Positions 11,322-22,618 of a stretch of DNA of 39,653 nucleotides are shown here, in pieces. The position numbers and the translations under genes are program-made. The notes below the pieces were generated by a model. The model searched no databases. It was given only the letters and a program-made list of their open reading frames with translations, and was not told where the DNA came from. Position 1 is the stretch's first letter. Every line of letters begins with the position of its first letter. The stretch lies in contig NC_069005.1 in the NCBI RefSeq assembly GCF_001194135.2, forward strand, positions 18,079,588 through 18,119,240, read 5' to 3'. The stretch comes from Octopus bimaculoides. Taxonomy: Eukaryota.

Positions 11322-14300
11322 CCCTATACTGTAATTCAATGAATAATTTCATAAAAGTCAGGAAACTAACATTTATTTTGCTTCATTTGAAAAAATGTTA
11401 CCCCCAACTTAAGAAATCGATCACCACTTCTGGTCCAAATCATGCAAAATTCTAGCAGGGTTCATGACATCTGCTCAAGTGTTTACCAAACTTGGTGTGC
11501 TGACTCAATGCAATGCAGAAATAGTATATCTGAAATTTCACCTTTCTAGTTGAAGTAGTTTCGGAGTTATGGACTTTTAAAAGTGTAACAAACTCATAAG
11601 AGGCGGAGAGAGAACGTAAGTTCGTTTGCCCGAACATGAGAAATTATTGATTTCTCATTGGTTAAAAATTACTGCCCATATACGAATTCTGAACTTCGTT
11701 GAAGAAGTTTTTCATGGGGTACGGTTCTAGGAAGTAGTTATAAAAACCCTAATTTTTGGCAAACTCTCCAGTGATCGTTGGGTTGCTACTAAAATCCACG
11801 GCACTCACCCTCTTGAGTATCGCCTAATATTTATGCCGTGTTCAATACTCAAATCCGACAATATTTAATTGTTGTGAACCCTTATAGCTAGAATGAAAGA
11901 TTAGTTAGTATAAATCTAAGTCGTAATTCTCTACGACGAAATGACTTTATTTCTAAATGTACTATAAATGCCAAAAATGTACATAATAAATTAATGTAGA
12001 AATTTAATTCCTTTTACTTCTCATTTTTTTCAACTTGTTGAATTTATTTCTGTATATTAATGAAACTGTATTTTTTTTAAGTGTAACAGTCAAAAAAATA
12101 TAATCTGTATCTTCAACATACATGTACGTATGAACGCACATTCAGCGTCTTGGTATGTATACATCATAACATTTACGCAGCCTAAACTAAGAGTTATGCT
12201 TAGTGATAAATACTTATAATTAAGTTATAAGTAACGAGATTATCATTATAGCTTTTAATTAAGAAACTATAATATTTGTTATAACTTACGATCGGAAACA
12301 TTGTAAGTAGAGATATAGTATATATCTCACTATCCGACCTATTACCACAAAAGTATAATCATTAGATGGCACTAGATTCACACTTCAGTATTTTCACTAC
12401 CTAAATCTTTGTAAAAGCAAGAGAGATGTGAAATAAAAGTGTATTTATACATTTTTAAAATTACTAAATTGAAATTGCACTATGCAAAGGTTCAAAACAG
12501 CTATTTTAAGACAGAGGCCACTACAAGCATTCGATACCATACAAAATTAAAAACAATACATATTTTTTTACTTTATAGGATTAATTCCAGTTTTAAATAT
12601 ATAGGAAAAAGGGTGCTGGATGTTAGTAAATTTTAAACATAACAAAGAATTAATATGATTTGTTAGATAAAATAAATCGAAGCTGAAGTTTCTCCTTTTT
12701 ACAAACATCATAAAGATCTTGAAGGCACCTGATTGCTCATTCTGCACTCTAATTTCTTCTGGGAATTTTGATGGTTCTCAACTTCAAAAGTTTTTTACAG
12801 AGTTCAATGCTTTTCTATGAACTTGCAGACTCTCACATAACTTCTGATAATCATGTGCATTAAACATTTGGTCAGTAAACCAAAAATTTGCCTAGCTGTA
12901 AATGATGAATCAACAAACATTGAGAAGCAAAACTCTTTTCTCTGGTAAAAGAATAAATGCCAAAAAAGCTAGTATTGCTCGAGAATTCTCTCTTGTATTA
13001 CTTAAGTTGGGTATTTTTTGAAACTTTACAGTAGGAAATTTTCCAATTTCTTCAAAGAAACGTAAAACACTGGTCAAATGAAATAGAAATTTTATGTCAT
13101 CTCACCATCCTGCTGATTCAGTAAAATTTTTTTCACCATTGTTGAAATTAGCCAGGAGTTTCTTGTAATTACTTAGAAGCTCTGGGATGAATGCATATTC
13201 AATATTGGGAGATGACTTTTTTCTCGAAGTTTGTTATCCATTACAACATGAAGAACTCTATCAAGGATATAATACTGACAACCAATAAATTGCAGTTCTT
13301 TCAAACCTTATTGAGCAAAGTCTTTGCAACTGAATGACAATGCCATTTCTTTTCCCAATATTCACACTCATTGTATCAGCAACAATCATCTTTACACAGT
13401 TCCATAAATTGAATTCATCTAAATCAGCTGTTATTCCTTTCACAATAGTATCGGTTTTTCCCTTTGGTAATTGGAGTGCTTCTGACTTAACTTCTCTCTG
13501 TTCATTCTTTAAAACTAGCACTTGGTATACTTGATAATTAATATGTTTACCATCAACATGCAATGACCAGTTTTCTAAATGTACTGTTTTCTCCATTTTC
13601 CTTTTCAGTTTAACAGTTTCTTTGATAGTCGATCTGAAAATACCAGATTGGGAAGAAGTCTCGACATTGATTCCATCTTGAGATAATTGTTGACAAACTG
13701 TTGTTGCTTTTAGGGTTGATAGCTTGGAAGATATTACTAACTTGGTTGCAGTTCCAGTTTTGCTATACTTCCTCCTTGTTTGCACGGATTCTTCATCTGA
13801 TTTTTCAGACTCTTGATATTCACTTTCAGTCTCTGCCTCAAATGTTGACAATGACACTGGAGTTGCTCTGGTTAAAGTTGGCATTAAGGATACTTTTCTG
13901 CTTTTGGATGGGTGGATAGTTTTGGAATTGGCTGCCTTACCAGTTGCATACCCAACCTGTCCCTTGCTTTCAATTTGAAGATAATATAACCTTCTATCGT
14001 CACTGCACAGCCATTTCTTTTGTGATGTCAAAAATTCTTTTCAATAAATTGTATTTTCCTTTTTACATATTTATTGTAGGTATTCAGCACTTTTTCTACT
14101 TTGCTTGTACATTTTGAATTGATAAATATGGGAAACTTAATTTCTTTTGCCATAAAAAAGTTACTTATTTCAAAATTTCCTTTATTATTTCTTTCACTCT
14201 TTTGATGGTACCTCCAAGGAACAGATAGCAATCAACAATTTGAAGTTTCATTGGTATCCTGCAGTTGCTTTCCTAAGAATGCTCTTCCAGAGGAACAGGT

Positions 14301-14786
14301 GTTCTTTTCCTATGTGAGTCTTGAAATTGCACAAGATTCTTCGTCCAGATTTTTTTGTTTCTTTGAGTGACACAAGCACTCCTCTTATGAGACATTATTT
14401 TAGATACTCCAGTTGGATAAGCCTATTATTCTGAAAAACAGTTAATGTAGTCAGAGCTTTTAGCGTCACAGAAATAAAAAGGAGAGGAAGAGGATATCTC
14501 CTAAAGCAGGGCCTAAGTGGTAACAAATTAAAAACTCTATAACTCCTAAAGTACTGAAACTTGAAATTTGAGATAGACTGCTTCTGCATTGCATTAAGTC
14601 AGCACACCAAGTTTGGTAAAAACTTGAGTAAGCATTATGAACCTCCACAGCCCTAGAATTTGGCATGATTTGGGTCAAAAGTGATGTTAGATTCCTTCAG
14701 TTAGGGGTGACGTTTTTCTAAAAAAACTTAAAATAAAAATTATTTTCCCTCCTTATATGAAATTGTTCATCGACTTTCAATACAGG
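11322..14786 (-). mobile_element. hAT-like DNA transposon, about 3.5 kb, with long (~260 bp) imperfect terminal inverted repeats
   Basis: 11322-11580 is inverse-homologous to about 14520-14786 (for example accaaacttggtgtgctgact.aatgcaatgcagaa); internal transposase remnant; exact termini and TSD not resolved. Confidence 0.8.
12650..14400 (-). pseudogene. Disrupted DDE transposase (hAT-like)
   Basis: WSLHVDGK (D1), KMIVADTMSVNIGKRNG (D2), QFIGCQYYILD (decayed CxxH), SNTRENSRAIL (decayed RWNS); frameshifts and stops. Confidence 0.75.
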
Positions 14787-15781
14787 AATTTGCTTACTTC
14801 CAAGGCAGNNNNNNNNNNNNNNNNNNNNNNNNNNNNNNNNNNNNNNNNNNNNNNNNNNNNNNNNNNNNNNNNNNNNNNNNNNNNNNNNNNNNNNNNNNNN
14901 NNNNNNNNNNNNNNNNNNNNNNNNNNNNNNNNNNNNNNNNNNNNNNNNNNNNNNNNNNNNNNNNNNNNNNNNNNNNNNNNNNNNNNNNNNNNNNNNNNNN
15001 NNNNNNNNNNNNNNNNNNNNNNNNNNNNNNNNNNNNNNNNNNNNNNNNNNNNNNNNNNNNNNNNNNNNNNNNNNNNNNNNNNNNNNNNNNNNNNNNNNNN
15101 NNNNNNNNNNNNNNNNNNNNNNNNNNNNNNNNNNNNNNNNNNNNNNNNNNNNNNNNNNNNNNNNNNNNNNNNNNNNNNNNNNNNNNNNNNNNNNNNNNNN
15201 NNNNNNNNNNNNNNNNNNNNNNNNNNNNNNNNNNNNNNNNNNNNNNNNNNNNNNNNNNNNNNNNNNNNNNNNNNNNNNNNNNNNNNNNNNNNNNNNNNNN
15301 NNNNNNNNNNNNNNNNNNNNNNNNNNNNNNNNNNNNNNNNNNNNNNNNNNNNNNNNNNNNNNNNNNNNNNNNNNNNNNNNNNNNNNNNNNNNNNNNNNNN
15401 NNNNNNNNNNNNNNNNNNNNNNNNNNNNNNNNNNNNNNNNNNNNNNNNNNNNNNNNNNNNNNNNNNNNNNNNNNNNNNNNNNNNNNNNNNNNNNNNNNNN
15501 NNNNNNNNNNNNNNNNNNNNNNNNNNNNNNNNNNNNNNNNNNNNNNNNNNNNNNNNNNNNNNNNNNNNNNNNNNNNNNNNNNNNNNNNNNNNNNNNNNNN
15601 NNNNNNNNNNNNNNNNNNNNNNNNNNNNNNNNNNNNNNNNNNNNNNNNNNNNNNNNNNNNNNNNNNNNNNNNNNNNNNNNNNNNNNNNNNNNNNNNNNNN
15701 NNNNNNNNNNNNNNNNNNNNNNNNNNNNNNNNNNNNNNNNNNNNNNNNNNNNNNNNNNNNNNNNNNNNNNNNNNNNNNNNN

Positions 15782-16143
15782 AACATTGCTTGTTTTCACT
15801 TTTTCGATATCAGTGAATAACTTCACTGGAAAAAAACTTATATTTTGCCAAGGGATTGTCCTTCTCATCGAAGGTCGGCGATTATCGTACGCTGAAGAAG
15901 GGAAATAACCCTGAAACTCGGGTCCGTACGTATCGCAGACCAAGATGGGAGGGATAACTTCCCTTGGCAAAAATAGACAGGACACAGATGTGTGTCGATA
16001 AGCCAGCTGGAGGAGATGTTCTCCTGGGGCTAAAAGCAACAGTAACATCCACCCTTAGGGGTCAGCCACATTTAAATGGCAAATATACTTCACTTTATCA
16101 TGCAGTTACTGTTAATACCTCGTTCAGAGATTTAACATTGCTT
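15782..16143 (+). mobile_element. ~350-bp structured non-coding unit carrying the hammerhead (retrozyme or PLE pseudo-LTR candidate)
   Basis: Rod 15841-15975 encloses the ribozyme; further hairpins at 15811-15828, 15981-15996, 16001-16031 and 16038-16113; aacattgctt repeats at 352-bp spacing; ends in (TA)n. Confidence 0.55.
15878..15936 (+). ncRNA. Type I hammerhead ribozyme (minimal stem III), predicted cleavage after C15924 (GUC)
   Basis: Stem I CGTACG(15886-91)/CGTACG(15925-30) plus GCGAT/ATCGC; core CTGAAGA (15892-98); stem II AGGG-aaataa-CCCT; GAAA (15913-16); stem III AC-tcgg-GT; C17. Confidence 0.9.
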
Positions 16144-16699
16144 ATATATATATAGTTTTAGGGAAAAGAACCATGCACATTTATGAATTTGTTTTGCAAG
16201 ATTCCTGATGTGAAATGAACTAGGCAGAGTAGGAGGGTACACATAGATGGAAAGGATCACTAAAGAGGTCACAGATGTGTGACAGAAGATTTCCAGACAA
16301 TGAACATAAGATAAAATAATAATAATAATAAATGAGTGGAGAATGAATATATAGTGTGTATTTATTTGACAAAAAAAATTTTTTTAATGACTATCTTAAA
16401 ATATAACAATATATATAATTCTGTGTACATGTATGGGTGTCTGCAGTTAGGTTAGCTGAGTTAGAGGTTAAAATAATCATCTAAGGGATAGAAGTATCCA
16501 TTATACTACTGGTATATTACCGATGTTTAACCATGGGCATACATATTCAAGCATATTATGCTTATAAATTATAGGTAAAGACAAGGATAAACGTGAGTTT
16601 ATGAAGAATCAAATGTTGGAGGGCTGAAGGGGTTAGGGAGAGTCTAGGAGTATATGCATTTGAAGATGGGAGATAAGTGATGCATATATGGGGAGAGAA

Positions 16700-16830
16700 G
16701 GTGAATATACGAGGAGGTACCCAAAAGTAACCAGAAACATTCTCTGTGGTCGATTTGTTCGACCAACGGCAATGCTCCAACATGGCCGCAGTCACATGAC
16801 TGAAACAAATAAAACAAGTAAAAAAACTAT
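16700..16830 (+). mobile_element. SINE 3' fragment
   Basis: ggtcgatttgttcgac...gctccaacatggccgcagtcacatgactgaaacaa matches the SINE tail at 32190-32255. Confidence 0.75.
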
Positions 16831-16834
16831 GCCA

Positions 16835-17740
16835 TCTTAATCCCGAGATGGTTAGTGAGAGCTGTGCGAGCCATGTACAGAGACGCTGTTAGTAAGGTGA
16901 GTACAGTGAAGAACTCTGGGTAGAGGTAGGGGTCCACCAAGATTCTGTCCTCAGCCCCCTCCTATTTATCATAGTCCTCCAGGCTATAACAGAGGAATTC
17001 AAGACAGGATGCCCCTGGGAGCTCCTCTATGCTGATGACCTTGCACTAATTGCTGAGTCACTATCAGAACTAGAAGAGAAGTTTAAGGTGTGGAAGCAAG
17101 GACTAGAATCGAAGGGCCTTAGAATCAACCTAGCTAAAACCAAAGTCCTAATAAGTAGGAAGGTAGAAAAATCACAAACACCTTCAGGTAGATGGCCCTG
17201 CTCGATCTGTAGAAAAGGTGTAGGTAGAAACTCTATAAGATGCAACCAATGCAAGCTATGGACACATAAGAGGTGCAGCAATATCAAACGAAGGTTAACT
17301 AGGAAGTTAGTTTTTGTATGCAGCAGATGTGCTGGAGCTATAAACACTGTAAATGTGGAGAAAACAACTTTTGCCACATTCCAGGGAGAAAAACTAGAAG
17401 TGGTTGATAGCTTCTGATACCTAGGTGACCAAGTTAGTAGTGGGGGAGGGTGCGCTGAAAATGTAGCTGCTAGAATAAGAATAGCCTGGGCAAAGTTCAG
17501 AGAGCTCTTACCTCTGCTGGTGACAAAGGGCCTCTCGCTCAGAGTGAAAGGCAGACTGTATGATGTATGTGTACGGACAGCCATACTTCATGGCAGTGAA
17601 ACATGGGCCATGACTGCTGAAGACATGCGTAGGCTCGCAAGGAATGAAACCAGTATGCTCCGATGGATGTGTAATGTCAGTGTGCATACTAGACAGAGTG
17701 TAAGTACCTTGAGAGAAAAGTTGAACCTAAGAAGCATCAT
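16835..17740 (+). mobile_element. RTE LINE fragment: RT core (YADD), PHD-like finger and C-terminal domain; truncated at both ends
   Basis: VGVHQDSVLSPLLFIIVLQ...WELLYADDL (YADD at 17028-17039); C4HC3 at 17199-17330; KGRLYDVCVRTAILHGSETW. Confidence 0.92.
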
Positions 17741-17949
17741 TAATCACATTATTTTATACTACCCTCATGCATATATATGTGTGTGTGTATACTTGTGTAT
17801 GTGTGTGTGTATATATATATACGAATGAAAGCATTAATATGCAATGCCAATACACAACCAATTGATTGATTAATTATTAAATTGAGTAACTGATTAATCG
17901 ATTGATTGATTAGCTAATTGGCTGATTAGTTTTACTATCTTCTTCTTAT

Positions 17950-20380
17950 TATTATTTGTTAGGTAGTATGATTTCTTGTTTGTATTTGTCAGCTTCCTTA
18001 AATACTGAAAACAGTTTTTTGTTTTGCTCGTGTTTTGTGGCTATTTGTATTAGCTTTCCTTGCTTCTGAAGTAGGTATTTTTGCAGTCCTATGGTGGTTA
18101 TTTTATAATAGTTTTCCAGCTGTATGAGGCCTCTACCACCTTCTATACGTTGTATATATAGCCTTTCTATGTCAGATTTTGGGTGGTGCGTCCTAGATCC
18201 TGTCATTATTTTTACTTGTTTTCCTGTCTATTTCGGTTAGTTCATTTAGTGTCCAGTTAAGGATATTGTAGCTGTAACTTATTACTGGGACGGCTAAAAT
18301 GTTAATACCTATTATCTTGTTTTTAGCATTGAGCTCTGTTTTCAGTATTGATCTAACTTGTCTATAGTATTCTTTCTTTATTATCTCTTTCATTTGTGTG
18401 TGCTGTATCCTATCTAGTTCATTGATTCCTAAATATTTGTATGTCTGGTTTTATCTAGTGTGATGTTGCTACTCTTAACTAGTTTTCCTATTTTCAGGGT
18501 TGCTTTGGCACATTTTTCTAATCCAAATTTCATATCTATCTCTTTGGTAAATCCATATACTCTCTGTAGTAGTGTTTCCAGCTGTTTATCATTCGTAGCG
18601 TATAGTTTTAGGTCATCCATATAGAAGAGGCGGCTGATTGTTTTGCCGTAACATTTGTATCCACATCCAGTTCTGTTTAGCATGTCAGATAAAGGTGTCA
18701 GTACCAAGCAGAACAGGAGTGGAGAGAGCGTATCTCCCTGGAATATTCCTCTTCTAGTGGGGATGGCTTTGGTTTTCACAAGTCCCTCTTTTGTTTGGAG
18801 CTGTAGCACTGTCTACCATTTATTCATAGAGTATCTTTTGTATTTTATAATTATTGGTGCTACCCTCTTTATGGCTAGTGTTTCGAGGATCCACGTGTGG
18901 GGAACACTGTCAAAAGCCTTTCGGTAGTCGATCCAGGCCATACTGAAGCCTTTCTTCTTTCTGCGGCTGTCTTCAGTTATGGCTTTATTGATCATTAATT
19001 GATCTTTACAGCCGTATGAGCCCTTGCAGCATCACTTCTGCTCTTCTGGAAACAGGTGGTTATCTTCCAGGTGCTTATTCAATCTCTGTGATATTATTGC
19101 AGTAAAGGCTTTGTAGATTATAGGGAGACAGGTTATAGGTCTGTAGTTTTGTGGTTTTGCCATTTCCGTGGATTTGGGAATTAGGATAATTTTCCCTTTC
19201 GTGAACCATTCAGGCATTGTCTCTGGCTCTGCTAGTATGTCGTTAAAGTTTTGAGCCAGCTTTTTGTGTATTCCTGTCAGATATTTTAACCAGAAGTTGG
19301 GGATCTTGTCGTGCCCAGGTGCCTTCCAGTTGCTTAGTCTTTGCAGTGCCTGGGTGACCTCTTCAGTTGTTATAGGGGTCCAGAGTTGCTCAGGTGCTAA
19401 GTTTGTTGTTTTAATAGTCCTTTTCTGAGGTTGTTGCTTCACCGACCATATTTCTTTCCAAAATTCTTCCACTTCTTCTGCTGTTGGTGCTGCAGTAATG
19501 TCTATTTTATTTTTGTCAAGTTCTTGGTAGAATTTTTGGGGGTTGGAGTTGAACTGTTTGTTTTGTTCAAATAAACTTTGGCGTTTCTCATACCGGCAGA
19601 TCCTTTGTGCTTTGGCAAGGATATCTTGCTTTAGCTTTTCTTTTACTTCAGGTAAATCTTTTTCTGTAATGTTGTATTTGCACAGTATTTTTGTTTTATT
19701 CTTGCTACTTAGTAGTGTTGATTGTCTACTAACTTCATTAAGAATCTACAGATCTTTTCTCTTTTTTTAAATTTTTTTTTTGGATATTATTTATCCGCAG
19801 GGTTTGTTTGGGTGGTGGAACTCCTGTTTGGATGGGTTTGAGGGAGTATCCTGCTTCTTTTGTGGCCACAGTTGCTGCTGCATACATTATGTCATTTAGC
19901 TTGGTGATATTACCATTTGTTTCTGTGGTTATTAGTTCTGTGACGGCCAGGTTTATACTATTTATTATTGATGTTGTTTTATTGTCTATTTTGATTTTTG
20001 GGAGATATAATCTGTGGTCTATTCTGAGATCTGTGGTTTTTAGTTCTTTGATTATTCTCATTTTTATAGTATCATAATCATTAGGTTCCCCTTCACTGTT
20101 TCCAGGTTTTAGATTTGTTTCGCCTTCCTTCTCATTCATATGTTTGTCTGTGGTGTTCTGGATTGGTGCTTTTTCTGCATTATTATACATCCCTACGGTC
20201 TGGGTTTGTTGTTTTTTGTTTACTTCGTTTTTGTTGGGAATGTTACGTTTGTCTTTGTGTTTTACTATCTCAGTGTTTATATTATTATTTGGCATTGTTG
20301 TGTGGCTACTATCTACATTTTCCTGATGTATTTTTCCTTTTAATTGTTCTATTTCTATTTCTGATATTTTTTTTTTTGCT
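17950..20380 (-). mobile_element. R4/Dong-clade non-LTR retrotransposon, 3'-truncated and disrupted
   Basis: NWKAPGHDKIPNFWLK, NYRPITCLP, SMAWIDYRKAFDSVPH, RGIFQGDTLSPLLFCL, LFYMDDLKLY, HHPKSDIERLY..R.EGGRGL; no RLE domain retained. Confidence 0.88.
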
Positions 20381-20513
20381 TTGAGATTTATTCTTGCTCA
20401 ATGTTAAGAGCAAGAATAAATCCTGGACAGTATTTTTCAAACACTCTAGTAATTCAGTTAACCAATCCTTACAACAGGAATAACAATAACAATAAAAATA
20501 ATTAATAACTTAC

Positions 20514-20587
20514 TCTTAACATGATGTTCACATAGTCTTTGACAGGGAACAGTTTCAGGTAAGGATAGAGTGTCATAGAATTCTCAT
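20514..20587 (-). CDS. POLRMT: POLRMT exon, 74 nt, phase 1/0: (Y)ENSMTLYPYLKLFPVKDYVNIMLR
   Basis: Acceptor cacttcag|, donor AGA|gtaagt; LYPYL...YV.IML matches the LYP(F/Y)L motif of POLRMT. Confidence 0.9.
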
Positions 20588-20822
20588 CTGAAGTGTTTCC
20601 AAAGTTTTTGAGGAAGAAAAGAAATAGAAAGTAAAAAAGACAATGAAACGTCAAATTTAGAAACATGAAATAATCCATTGAAACATTTCTTTATTGGTTT
20701 TAAAAACTGTTGCACCTAGAATTTTCCATGCAATGTAGTTCTCTATTATTTCTTGATCTCCATATATACTTAGAAAATGCAGTGGTCTACACCAGGAGTA
20801 GAAAATAGAACAAGATACTCAG

Positions 20823-21074
20823 TGTTGTGCAAGAGTACAACATCCCCTGGTGAGAATGGACTGAACCACTACATATAAATAGAAGTAGTCTGAGTAAGTG
20901 AGGTTTGTGTTAGTTCTACAGTCCGTATGTTGATAGTTCAAAGTTGGAGTTAGTGTGTTGGATTGTTGGTTCTTAAAAGATTGTTGTTACGTTACGTGTG
21001 GTTGCTGCTGTTTATTTTGATTATATTGTTATTACACTTTAGCAGTATATTCATTTATCCATAAGGATATAACA
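20823..21074 (+). mobile_element. Probable solo LTR, 252 bp
   Basis: TGTT...AACA termini, flanking 5-bp near-TSD ctcag/cttag, internal TATAAATA at 20874-20881. Confidence 0.65.
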
Positions 21075-21371
21075 CTTAGGTACCAGTATTTATGAATGGA
21101 TTGAATTTTTGTGAACTCTTCATATTATTGGTTATCCAACTCCAATCATAAACAAAAGAGACAAACTTATTTCAACCACTAACACACATCAAAAATCCTC
21201 CTCTCAAATTTCAAAACAGACTCCTCTGATGGATGATGAATTAATATTGACTTTAAAGACTACCTGATTACTTACAAGCACAGCAAATAATGTTTTCCTT
21301 GTCAGTACACTGATGCATAATTAGTCAAATGGTGCTGCCTACTTGGATGACTGAGAATCACAGCAGCAGAG

Positions 21372-21394
21372 GGGTTAGGGTTAGGGTTAGGGTT
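21372..21394 (+). repeat. Short interstitial (TTAGGG)-type repeat
   Basis: GGGTTA x3 plus GGGTT. Confidence 0.85.
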
Positions 21395-21399
21395 CTATT

Positions 21400-21857
21400 T
21401 AGAAAATGCCAGGCTGTTCTCTATATTATCGAGTTTGAAGGATATATTTTCCAGTTTTCTTGAGATGGTGGGGAAAAGACATTTTAAAATGCTGATTTGA
21501 GATTCTCCACACTCAGCTTTCTTGGAGGTGGCTTGTCTTGAGGGCATCTCTTGCTTCTAAATTTCAACTCTGCGAAAATGTGTATGATCAGTGCTGCAAT
21601 CAGTTCCACACATAGATTTTGTTATCAGCACATTACTGAGATCACAGGTTTTCACACTTATGCATACCTGAAAATGCCAGTGTTTACAGCAAGGATGCAT
21701 CCAAGATGTTCTGCATCTTACTGGAAAGCATAAGTTTGGGTGGGCTATAAAGCGACTGTGTTTGGAACATTTCCTGAGAAGGAAGAGGCTATTACTATTA
21801 CATGATCTCACACTATGGTGACCAATGATAGAAGGTTTGGGAACTTTTGCTCCTAAC
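21400..21857 (-). mobile_element. Old RTE/BovB-type LINE, APE endonuclease C-terminal part
   Basis: IIGHHSVRSCNSNSLFLL..RTSWMHPCCKHWH..VLITKSMCGTDCSTDH resembles the GHHGVGNCNSNG / TSWMHPRSKHWH / TDH motifs. Confidence 0.8.
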
Positions 21858-22618
21858 AAAGAAAACTGAAACGTAGAAGGCAGACATTCTCCAAAAACAA
21901 GAATAAAACGACGATGAGAATTTGCAAATAAGGCCGTAAGTCATTTTAATCTTGACACTGCATGCAAATTACAGTATTTGTATAGAAAGAGATAAAGGCA
22001 GTTTCTGTGAGTTTGTATTCATATGCATAAGAGGTGGTTATGTTTGACCGTTACATCACTTGGAATTGCAGCAGGAAGAGAACACGTCTAATCACTTTGG
22101 TTGCGCTGTCCAAAAGCTATAGATTTAACTATCCCACAATGCAACACCATGGCGTGCACTATCCAGCAGCCAATGGATGAGACAACTGGTTTCAAGGGAG
22201 GTAACTGTTTACATGGCTTCCCTGCAAGACTCAAAGTCGGAAATAATGAACAGTGGACAGAAAGTTAAGGGAATACAAACACTCAGAGATTGCAGAGAGG
22301 CAACAGTGGGAGAAATGTGTACAAAGTGAAAAAGAAAAAAAACATGTGTCTATGAGGTGTCCCAAATATTTCAAGCTGGAAGATCCAAACTCTCACTTGG
22401 ACGGATTGATTTTCACACCAAAAGAACACAAACATTTGAACAACTGTGTTAAATGCTGGATATGTCTAATCACTTTGATTGCGCCGTCCAAAAGCTATAG
22501 ATTTAACTATCCCACAATGCAACACCACAACATGCACCATCCAGTGGCCAATGGATGAGACAACTGGTTTCAAAGGAGGTAACTGTCTATAGAGGCTATC
22601 CAGCGCTGCCATATTTCA
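21858..22618. mobile_element. Unclassified ~760-bp insertion containing a 123-bp direct repeat (22086-22208 / 22464-22586)
   Basis: Splits the LINE APE sequence between FNA and (V)GA..; the repeat copies are about 90% identical at 378-bp spacing. Confidence 0.55.
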
